Notes under the pieces: model-generated
What the model saw: only the letters and a program-made list of their open reading frames with translations
Databases searched by the model: none
What the model was told of the DNA's origin: nothing
Source of the DNA: Bugula neritina
Taxonomy: Eukaryota; Animalia; Bryozoa
Direction of reading: 5' to 3'
DNA length: 64,000 nt
Assembly: GCA_964035545.1 (NCBI GenBank)
Contig: OZ037768.1
Location: 8,774,741-8,838,740, forward strand
Shown: piece by piece, positions 30,291-42,200 of the stretch
Layout: each line of letters starts with the position of its first letter
How positions within the stretch are numbered: the first letter of the stretch is position 1
Made by a program: the position numbers and the translations under genes

Positions 30291-33200
30291 ATGGAGATTA
30301 TGAATGAAACAAAGTTAATAGATGACCAAGTAAATGTGGCTGAAAATACTGTCATTGATGATTTGGAGAATGAGAAGTTGCAGGTTCTAAATACGAATGC
30401 AAGCACAACTACTCTGAACATGCAAAATTTCATTGGCACCGCAGGATATCCTGAAAACAGAGAAGAAATACATGGAGGACATGAGCCGGCGTTTGAATGC
30501 ACATGTAAGTACTTGTATTTGGAAAGTACTTGCATCATGGATCACGATCATTAATCAATAATGAAATTTTGCATTTAGAAAATGGTTTACCAAATTATTT
30601 ACATTACTTCAAATAAGTTTCAGTCTAGATTGAATAGAATAGGTCTGGGTTCTGTTGAATAGTGTTTAGATTTGTATATGTGTAATATTTTATGTAGTTC
30701 TGAATGTCACAATTTGTTACAGCAATTGCAGTTGATGATGAGACACACACTACACAAATCAATGCCATGCTACAACAAGATGGACAGCTTTTACAAGTTG
30801 ATGGAATGTGTGAAGATGGTGATGTTTACCTGGCAACTGCCAATCGACACCCTTTGACATACATTACAGGTATGACAAGGTGATATTGAAGAAATAATGT
30901 CTAGTATATCGTCATCACTTTAAGTACATTATATGCATGATAGTACCTTTGATGTAATTTCAATTTTTTTAAAAATCATTAGTTGGATAATTTTATTCTT
31001 TTAGTGTGGTCTTGAAAATTCTACTTTTTGTCTATGCCTACATATTGTTGCTCAAATGTTGAATAAATCTATTTGTGGCCCTTAGAACATACCTTGTGTT
31101 GAATAGCTGTTATGATGTTAATATGCCCACAATTTAACTAACCGTTGTGCTTTAGTTACACAATCTCAAGATCTGGAAGATGTTACTACTGTTCCCCTCA
31201 CATCCCTCTTGGCAACTAGCCCACAGAAGCCACATCAGCTGGTGTTACCAGCTGGGCTTGCTGACACACTGCTAGGTAAATTATTTTGAGTATTTATTTT
31301 TAGTTTTATTTTAATAAGTCCCCCTCTTTCAAATAGAATTAATGTAGTTACATGCTGAGAGTGTAGAGCCTTTAAATTTTGGAATATGTGAATTAATTCC
31401 ACACTGTTTATACTGTCACTGATTTAAACTAAGAGTCTTTAGTAAGAGTCAAACTGTAATGTAATCTCTAATACAACACTGCCCTATCGAATTCAAATGC
31501 TTTTAGCTTTCTACACCAAATGCTATCTATAAGCCAAGCGCAGCTGACTTGTTACAAATTTCTATATATTGAACAGACGCCAACCGTAAAAATAAAACTT
31601 ATAATCATTGCTTTAAATCACGGCAATGACTAATAATAGCTGAAAGGAAAACAACATAAGCTGATTCAGTTCAAAATGAATAATCACATTTAGGTACTAC
31701 TTGCCTTAAGTTTATTTTATTAAATATATAAATTAGAACAAAGAGCAGATGAGTCACATGATCAGTGTAGCCAAAGGAAACTAGAATCAAGTACTGTGCC
31801 TGCGTCAGTTCCTTCTACAAGTGCTATCAAGACTCAGGTAATTCCCACCTCGTCTATGAAGCTGAATTCTCCCGACAGCCAAAATTATCACACCGTTACA
31901 GTTACATTAGTCAATGATAACAAGAAAACACCCACTAATGTGAGTATTCGGCTAAAATATCTTCATGCGACGTAAATATTTTGTCAATGTATTATAACAT
32001 TTATTAACATAGTTCATTCATTTATGTTCACTTGATTTTACAGTAATCATTATACAATAATTTACATCTGGAAAGGTCCTGAAAAGAAATGAAGATCGAC
32101 ATAGAAGCGGCACTAGCTAGATAGTCCATCATATAGTTTAGATGAACTAAACCAGCCTTAGCTACTAATTTTTTGCAAGTGAACATGCAGACCATGGAAA
32201 ATCCTATTTACAAGATTTATTTTGTTCTTTTAGACCAACTACATCTTGCTACTCTCTACTAATGTAGACGGCAGCCCAACAACAACCGGTGCAAATGTTC
32301 TTAGTATAACTGAACAAAAAACCTCTCAAACCACATCTACACCATATTCTGTAGCTCAGAAGGTAACAATCATTACTTTATAACCATAAAGTTATAATAA
32401 CATCATTTCTGCTAAATTACTGTTGTCATTTTTGACTATATGTATTTGTTGATGATTTTCATTCAAGGATTTTTTGTAGCCCGAGGACACGGAGAAAGGC
32501 ATATGTAGTTTGTGCAATTATAAGACTACGCACCGCCACTTGTTACATAAGCATATAAAGACCCACTCTGAAGACCGACCCCACAAATGTCAAGTCTGTG
32601 GTAGTGCATTCAAGACGATGGCTAGTCTGAACAATCATATCAACACTCACTCAGGTATGGGTTATTTACATTATAAAATCTAGCTTCTCGCTGTGTGTAC
32701 TAGATGTGTGTATAATAGAGTTTACTCACTCTGATCTCAGGTAGTCTTAGAGTACTCGCTGCTTGCACTGATAACTGAGGGGCGTCCATTACATATTTGA
32801 AAATAATTTAGGAGTGTCTTTCTGGTAATGTACTATGTTGTCGGCTGCACAATGTGTTATAATATAAATTTTGCTAATTTTGGTTGTGGCTTTTGAGGAT
32901 ATCCGAACACCGGGCATTTTTCTGTATCACTATCAAACACTTTAGTTAATTTATCTGACATGATGGCTTGAGCACCGCAGAATTTATACAGTAAGCTATA
33001 TGCCATAAATTATAAAGAAAATACACATTTCCTATAGATATATGTTATATAAGTATAGGTATGAAAATATGTTGTATAAGATAATGATAGTATGAAAATA
33101 CTTAAACAGTGCCTTTTTAAATTTTTTTGGTCATAATTCAATGTAAAATGTGTTTTTGAAATGCATATCAGTTCTGGGACAATGATCAACTAGAAATTGA

Positions 33201-36200
33201 TCATTTTCAATGCTATATCACCTGTGATTATGTTGTTGTTGGCTAATCTTGGTGCTGAGCCAGGGGGGGGGGAGACAGCTTCATATTAGTATAATACAGT
33301 AATTGGTTAGGGTGTAATAAAATTGAGAAAAACTGGAAAGAGTTGCAAGCATAAGTTTAGTTGTCATTGTTGGTGGGATTTAAACTGCTTCATAACATAA
33401 CCCAGCACTAGCACATATACCACTATGTAGGGTAAGAGGGATAAACCTCAAGCTTATTTGTTGTGTATATTCCTCTCACCTAACCTTTGAAAGCGTTTTG
33501 TGTGAGAAATAAATTGTATGATTTGTCTGATAAAGGGAGAAGACCTCACAAGTGCAAGTGCTGTGATTCCGCATTCACTACATCTGGGGAGTTGATTCGT
33601 CACGTTAGATACAAACACACGTTCGAGAAGCCACACAAATGTCCACATTGTGACTATGCTTCAGTGGAACTGAGTAAAATGAAAAGACACATTCGAACAC
33701 ATACCGGTGCGTGCAAAAAGGAGTTCAACTATCTGAAAAATGATTTTCACTTTAAAGCAGATTTATTAATATGATGGTGCAAATTGAACTATGATCACAT
33801 TGTTCTTAATATCAGGTGAAAAGCCATACCAGTGTTCGCAGTGTGACTATGCCAGCCCTGATTCCTATAAACTAAAGCGGCACATAAGAACTCACACAGG
33901 GGAGAAACCCTACGCTTGTGACATTTGTCCATTGAAGTTTACACAAAGTAACAGCTTAAAGGTTATAATACAACCTATTTTTTTTTGTAAAAATAAATCA
34001 AATATATTTAAAGAGCGTTATTTTGAGTTTACCTTTATGTTATGCTGGATGCACCAATTCAAGGAATATTAAAACATGCTTCTTTGCGAGTTGCTACTTG
34101 CTGTGAAATTATTCTCTACATGTTTAGGCTCACAAGAGAATTCATATGGGTAGTAAACCAGTATTTGCGTGCCAGCTCTGCCCAGCCACATGTGGACGTA
34201 AAACCGATCTGCGGATACATATGCTGAAACTGCATAGCCCGGAGAAAGCACCCTTAGTGTGTAGAAAATGTCAAATGGAATTACCAAATAGATATGAGTA
34301 TAAGCTGCATGTTAGAAGTCACGACGGAGAGAGAATTTACAGATGCAGTAAGACTGATGAATTCAACTCACTTTCACTAGACTGAAGATTTTATGCAGCT
34401 ATGGTGGCAATAACTGTATAGCTGGTTTGTCATAGCCTATCGCTTTATGGTAAACTGATTTTCCATTTTTACATTGTATCACAGGTTTTATTTATACTTT
34501 AGCACTTTGTGCATTTGCCACTCTTGTGGACCGGAAGCTGGGAGAACATTTGCTGTCACAGCATGCCCAGTACAGGCCATATAAGGTAGGTACAGCTTGC
34601 TCATGCGTTTTATTAACAGTTTGCTAGTCTAAAACTATTGTTATTTCCTGTTTAATTTACACAAAAGTTGTAGCATTTTTTATGCATTTAAAAATTTCAA
34701 GATTTAGGAATTTAGTAGTTTACAAAATTGGCTTCTTGATGTGAAAGGTTAAAATTGTGGAATAATACATTTCCAGTATTATTTATATGTTGATAATGTA
34801 TTCATTAACCAATTTTGCTGTGTTATTTTATAAAGACATGAACCTTATATTTATAATGCACAAAAGTTGAAATTGATTTAAGAAATTCTTAAGCTTTCAG
34901 AATTATTTTGACCACATAATGTTCTCACAAGAGTTTGGACTGAAATACTTCGAGTGTTGTGTGTGTAAGTTGCTATTAGGATATGAGTGTTATTCATATG
35001 ATGGTATCAATTGTTATTATGCTGCATTTTCTGGTCTTATACAGTGTACAGAGAGCAATTGCGATGGAGCTTTCCGATTTAAATCTCTATTGCGTCGTCA
35101 CAAGATGTTCTTCCATCGACTAGAAGAATTTTACCCACAGGAGAAAAATTTTGAATGCACATGTGGAAAAAAATTTGCATTGCAATGTATGCTATTAGTC
35201 TTACTTCAAATTAACGAAACCTATAAACAATAAGCTGTTTATTTAAATACATTTTGATTATACTGTTATTCAAACTAATACTAGCGTTATTTCAATTATT
35301 TTAGCAAACCAGTTAAAGCATCAAGAACTGCATGCGGGTAACACTGTCCTATCATCACTCGTTAACATTTTGAAAGATATAGAAGACATCGATGATATTG
35401 GTGAAGATGTCAATGAAGAAATTTCAGAAGAGATCAATTCTATGAACTCATTTGATTTACCAATATCAGTTTTATCGTCTTCTGCGTCTTCTTCTTCAAA
35501 GCGGTTTGTCGACATTCTTTCTGTGCTTTTCTTATTCTAATTTATAACTGTGCCGTGTACTAGCTCGACCCCTGAGTGGTCCTGTAAACAAATTTCTAAC
35601 TATGAGTCAGCCCTTGTAAAAGAGCCAAGCCTGTTATTGTTTAGTAAATGTGTTATACACCCATATATTTAGGACTCTGATTTTCTGGGAGGGGGGGGGG
35701 GAAGAAGAGTAACTATGCACCTGACAAAACTGAATTTATTCCAAAAAGTTAGCTATTTCATGTAACTAATAATAACTTTAATTAAGTTTTTGTAAATAAG
35801 CGACTATTCTCAAAATATTTTGGAGTTGTCTTATTTTAGAGACAAAACACTTGATAAATTTGCTAAATTAACAGTCATCAATGAATAAGTCTTCGTAAAA
35901 TATATTTTACTGTTATTTAAAATTTGCTAAATTATTTTCTGAATTATTATATCTTTTCCTGTGACAAATTGTTAGCATCAGCAAAGCGGCAATAGCTGTA
36001 ACTGAGCTGTGAAAGCAAATGCTGAAACCAAAAGTTTATAATTCTTATAGTTGTGCATAACTTGCTTCTACTGTTGGGTAAATATAAAGTATGGGCAACT
36101 CCCGCACACACTAACCCCAACGTAGACATTCCACTTCAACATACTCTTACTCTAACGAAAACCTTGTTTTAAACTGTAGAACTTCATCTAAGCTAAATTG

Positions 36201-39200
36201 ATTTGTTTATGGGTTATTTTATAATTATGAATCGCAGGTAATTCATTATATGTATAAAAATAAAGGATATTTCTAGTTTCTACAGATATACACTGGTTGG
36301 TTGTATACCATAGTATATTTTTGTTTGATACATTAAAGGTATGCGGATGAGGAAGACACAATGACACAGAGACTTGATGGTTTGCCAGATGGTGGTAACC
36401 TGGTAATGCGGAGGATAGTCCAGCAAGTCAAGGGCCATAGAGTGGTGGTAATGGAAGTGGGTCCCTCTGATAGGTCTAGTCTAAGTGAAGATGACAATAC
36501 CAATGAGCTGAATAAAAAGTCCGCAATGGAAGAATCTACATTGAATAGGTTTGCTGCTGTATTAAGAAATTGTCAGCTATTTCATTTTGTTCAAGATGAA
36601 AAAATTGTTCGCTTGTGTATTTAGATAACTGTATATTGTTAATTAGAAGGTCTATGTGTTAGCATGTATTCTCCATGTTTATTATTTATTCTTAGGAATA
36701 TTCTTGGAGAATATTCCTAAGAATAAGAATATATTAATGTTCTTATATATAAGAATATTCTTCTTATTATATTAAATACCATTTGTTTGTAGAATGCCAG
36801 AAAGCGAATCCTTTGAGCCTGATACATCTATGTCCGAGGATGCTGCTGTGCAAATACTCTACAATCTGTCCTCAGACGGTCATTTGTCTGGCAGCAGTCC
36901 GCACCAACACCACTCAGAGCAGCAAGAGTCTGGTACAGTTACACGTTCATGTCTTATGGGGAGAAGTATATAGCTGTTACCTTTATTATGTTGTAATTTT
37001 ATGGGGGTGGGGGGTATAAGTGTGCATCTTGGCTTTTCACTTACTGTGTTTAAATCTTTCCTATATTGTAATTTTCTATAATCATTCATGTGTAGTTTTT
37101 CGTATAAAAAGTTACCTACTGATCTTGTTTACTATTTAAGCTCTTTTATAACAAGTTTATTCAGCTGCCATTTAAACTCTCTGCCTTTTATGTTTAATTG
37201 TTTTGGTTGTGTCAGCTGCATGTCTATTTACTTGGTTTGGTATTGACAGTGGCTGTCGGCAGCATATTTACTAGGTAATCTTACTTTATATATATTATAT
37301 TTATTGTGTTATTGTTGACATAATAATACTATAATAATAATAATGTGTATATATATATTATATTATATTTATTGTTAACAGATATGGTGACCTCCCTTAC
37401 GTCAGGTCGAGTGGTAACACTAGAAATGGATGCTCTACCGGATGTTTTGTGCGGGGCTGTTGGAGAGGTGTGTATTGGTTGGAAGTAGTTCTGGAATATT
37501 TTAGCTTACGATGAAAATGATTGTGGATTAAAGCACTTATACCTGCGCAACGGCTGACTAAATTTCAAATTTCTATTCAACTGCCATTACAGTGATAGTA
37601 ATACTGTCTCTAACCCTATGTACTTTGTATATGATGAATACATTGGTGCATAGTGTTATATTTACTGTTAGTGTAGTAATAAAGGGCTTTTGAAAAAAAA
37701 ATTTTATATTTTGTTTGAGGTCAAAAAAAATGCAGAGTTGAATACTATTTCTGTTTGCAAGCAGTTGATCAAAAAGGCTTAGTCTAACAACATCATACAA
37801 AATCAAATTTATTGTTTTAGACAATTTTCAATTTAATTAAATTTTATATGTTTTAAAACAGTATTAACTAGTTTTCATGTTGTTTCCCTATAATATATTA
37901 GATTGGGTATGTCTGTGTAATCTATAGAGAACACATGATTTTGCAGTTAGCCTTATGGGATATGTATCGGAATTTGCATTAAACTACTTTTTCCGATGTT
38001 TCCTTTTTTCTTCTATATGGAATAATGTTTTGTTATGCGTCACATTTGAGTAGTGACCAAGTGGTTCTGAGTCTATTTTGTGACCGGTACCGCCGGTAGA
38101 TAAACTGGCTGGTTTGCTCTTGCACTTTACTCTGTATCTTGTATTGTCTTTGGATAGCTTCATCTCAAGATATTTGTCGCTGTAAGGCGATACTTTTTTT
38201 TGTTTTGAGTTGGTGAATATTAGCGAGACTGGTGCATTATGTTGAGGTGTTATAGAGCTCTGGGAATTTTCTGTAGCTTTTATTGCAATAGGGGACATGT
38301 TTGAATGAGTTGCACTCGGTGAGTATGGACTAGGCTGTGCAGTTCTGGGCAGGGCTCTGTCAGATTGCCTTTCTGCATGCATGACTTTACGATGTCTCAC
38401 TCGGATAGATGGTGGTATATTTGATTGCGGTGTTATTGAGCTTTGTGACAAGTGTGTATTTCTTGGATACAGTTGAGAGACATTAGATGCGGCCAAAGAA
38501 GCCGTACTTGGTGTATTTGCACTAGCAGGGACTACTGGTTGGGTTTTGTCAGATTGAATGTCTTTATATTGAGAGATATTTTTGTGTTTTGATCGTTTTA
38601 CTCGAAGAGGAATAGAGCGAGGGACATTTGAGTGGGGCGTTACTGAGCTCTGTGACGGGCATAAACTATTCATCTGCAGCTGAGAAATGTTTGAGTTAAT
38701 TAGTGAGCCTGCACTTGGTGTGAATGGGCTTAGAATTATCTCTCTGCTCTGCTTCTGTATATTCGATAGCTCAGATTCTTTAGATTTATTGAGTGATTTT
38801 CTCGATTTCTCTGTAACTTCTGGGCTGGTAATCATCGTAGGCATAGTTTCCATTTGTAGTGATTTTCTTGAATTGAATTCCTTTGTTGACCGATTGCCAA
38901 CAAGATTTTGAACTGAGAGAGTTGCTTCTCGATTCAGATTTTGGCCTGATTTTGTCTTTTTTGTAGCTGGTAAGTCACTCTCATTAGTTGGGTGACGCGA
39001 TTGGTATGGCTGAATGTTAGTGTTCAGTTCATGACTGGTTTTAACTTCGCAAATTGGCGAGTAGAGAAAAACCACGTATGATCGTTCTATTCTCCACAAC
39101 CTTTTGGTTATAGCTGTCTTCCAGCTGCGTGTGATAACATTTGCTCTTCCTATTCCCACCGCTCTAGCATTCTTCCATATAATGTTGAAAAATTTATCTA

Positions 39201-42200
39201 AAGTAGAGAAATGCAACATTGCATGATTTGAACAATCAAACAAGTGTAGTTGCTTCAAGCTCTATTTTATGTATTATTTATTTGGTTTACATAACATCGC
39301 AGCTTACCATAGTTGCTATCATACTTTTCTTTATATGTGTAAGAAAGACCGCTATCGTAGGCCAGTTGTACTGTAGAATCACCTAATTAAACAACCACAG
39401 GAGAACAATCTATTGTAAAGTTTACATAGTTTGAATTTTATAAAGTGTGTTTAATAATTATAAGCTGGCAAATTGCTTACATTTGACTAATTTACAAATT
39501 GCATTCAAGTTCTGCTCAAATTTTTGTATGGTGTTTAAATGTATTTTACCTGAAATAATGTTTGTACCAGGTTTACCCTCTTGGTATAATAAACTCTCTG
39601 CACATATTGTTCCGTCCAATCGTAGCCTGCTGTTTTCTTCACTACTCGGCTTGTCATTTGTTTTATGCTTTCGAGCGTATTTTATTGCTATTTTGTTGGC
39701 CAACTCACACATCTCTCTGTTCAAAGATAAGGGCGGCACATGGTGACCCTTCAATGACAGTTATTGTGCTTGCTCAAACACTCACCTGCTTTGATTCGGT
39801 TCTAACTTTTTATCTAAGTTTGATTAACAAAAATGAGGTTTTAAAAAAGTTCTCCTTACATTTATAATATTGCTAAAAACTGTTGGTACTCTTTATAATT
39901 TATTTCTACTAAACTAATTATATAAAAATGTTTGTTGAGATTGTTTTAATTCATCTCATTGCATTGATGAAAACATGATATATTAAATATGACATATTGT
40001 TATAGTTTTCAGATTTAGGGTTGATGTGCCACCAAGAGAGTCTATTTAACACTAGAGAAACTTCACCAGTTAAGTCGAGTAGATATCGTTATATTTAATA
40101 CAAGAATACATAATAAAAATCCAATGTACAACAGTAATGATACGCACGTCTATTTAGTTTACAGCACTATCCTCAACTGAGCTAGTAGCGCGAAGCGGCT
40201 ACTATTACTTATCAAACAGCTTAGCTAATTGGCTAATACATTGTTCCGGGTCAATACGCAACCTTGCGTATTGTGTTGCTGGTAGCTCCACGAGCCACCA
40301 CACTGCCCCCTCCAGCAGAAAGCCCACTTTCTGATAAAATAAGATTCACATAAAAAAACGTATACTTCGTTGTGGGGGGTAAGAGAACAGTATAAAAGTA
40401 TATACAAAAAAAAAGAACAACAACTGGTAAAAATATACAGGTATATATAACGTGCACTAAGTAATAAGCAAGAGAAGATCCTATCTACATGTAGAGTACG
40501 TGCCACCATTACGGTAGGGAATGCCACAGAGAGGTAGGGGAATGAGTAGTAGGGAGTAGTAGGTAGACTCGAGTTAACTGCGGGCCGCACGCTTCATGCG
40601 TTTAATAGACTCCTGTAAGTATTTGAGTTCACTGGATGCTGCCTGTACCCGTGGGGCCAGCCTGTACACTTCTTGCTCCAAGTCATGCGCCCTAGCTTCT
40701 ACCTCACGTAGGTTACGGGCCCAGGGGGACGAGCGAGAGGAAGTTGGCTGCCTGTGTCTTTTCCGCTCTGAGGATGGAAGGGGAGGAGGGAGTGTATACG
40801 CATTTGTGTCTACTCTCTGTAGTACGACACGAGGAAAGGTATGCGGCATGCGTATAGGACTGTGAGGTGGAGAGTTAGTAGACTGTGTAGGTTTATCTGC
40901 GGCTTTAGAGATGATGGGTCGCGGGGAAGGGAAGCCTTGCTCCAGGCGAGATAGCCGAGCTGAGTCAGTGATGAGTGGTTTGATGGCGTTGAGAAAGGCA
41001 GGATAGGATGATTCGTCTACTTCATAGACATGCCCTTGATAACACTGCATAGTACGTTGGTGCCGCAACAGGTAATCACGATTGTAGCTATATTCTCCGC
41101 AAGGGCAGAAAGTGGTGATGTAGTGTTGCGGCAAGTGTACTTTTAGTCTGCGGTGGGTCGTGAATCGCTGCTGGCAGAGGTTGCATTCACGATTACCCTC
41201 ACCTCCTTGATGGGTCCTGATCTCTCTCTCTGTGGCAGGGGTAATCCAGTTGGAGGTTGCTTCCAACTGGGGTGGCAGTTTCCTGGTGGTAGAAGTTGTT
41301 GGGGCCGGCTCTGAGTCCCACGCCATCTCTAGAGAAGGCATGCCCGGAGAGACGGGCGCGAGTGTGCCTACAAAAGTAGAATTAGTGTTAGATCGCGGTG
41401 GATCTTTACAACCTAATTCTAGTGACTGTCGACCGTTGCTAGCCTGAGAGTCACTGCTTTTGGAATGCACTCGAGGAACTGATGAATCATGTGTGGACTG
41501 ACCAAGAACAGTGTCTAGCTCCAGGTCTAACAGACCATCGGCCATTACAGTGTCTTCATCGTCATTCACATGAAACGTGGTTCCCAGTAATTCTGATTCA
41601 ATCTGCTGAATTAGTTCAGAATCTACTGGCATCGAGCCCGTTTCCATGAATAGGAATACAAGACTTATACTGGCTTACCTGGGAACTCGGTATTAATGTC
41701 CATACTCAACGTTCTTGGTAAGGTTGGAGCTGGTTGTGAGATACGTCTGCCTTTGGCGATGTCAGCATAAGAAAAGGCTGAGCATCGTTTCTGAGGCACG
41801 AGGTCGGAACTATTTGCTTTACGCGCATTAATTCCTCCCACTATTCCGCCCTCGCAAAAGTTGATATTTGCGTGGGGTTCACAACTCCAACATTTTATCG
41901 TACGGTTTTCCCCTAGACTTTCATGTGCGCCGCTTCTAATGCAGTCACATATGAAGTCTTTCAAATACGGTGGGGGCTTCCTCGTACGCTGTCCCCTTTC
42001 TAGGGGGGGTGACACGCTTGCCGGTTCGTTAGTAGGGGCCTCTAATGGCGTCTCTACTTCACCGTTAGTGGTCACCTCTTCTTGTTCTCCGGATGGAGCC
42101 CCTCCCTCCGTGGGGGTTTGCACTTCCGGAACCGGCTCGGTTTCTGGAAGTGATGGAATTAGACTTGGCGGTGGCGGACACACTTCTGTTGGCAAAAGCT

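Noticed and set aside
37250-37274. 25-nt CTCF micro-exon with good splice sites
   Set aside because: Inclusion shifts the frame, and the flanking exons join in phase without it. A minor isoform cannot be excluded.
37984-39258. 424-aa ORF as a standalone gene or part of a larger transposon
   Set aside because: It begins with TTG, lies outside the LTRs and TSD, and is better explained as the last exon of the nested CAP-domain gene (acceptor at 39197).
40574-41647. ORF3 as an envelope gene
   Set aside because: No signal peptide, fusion peptide or transmembrane anchor. It has zinc-finger and coiled-coil features instead.
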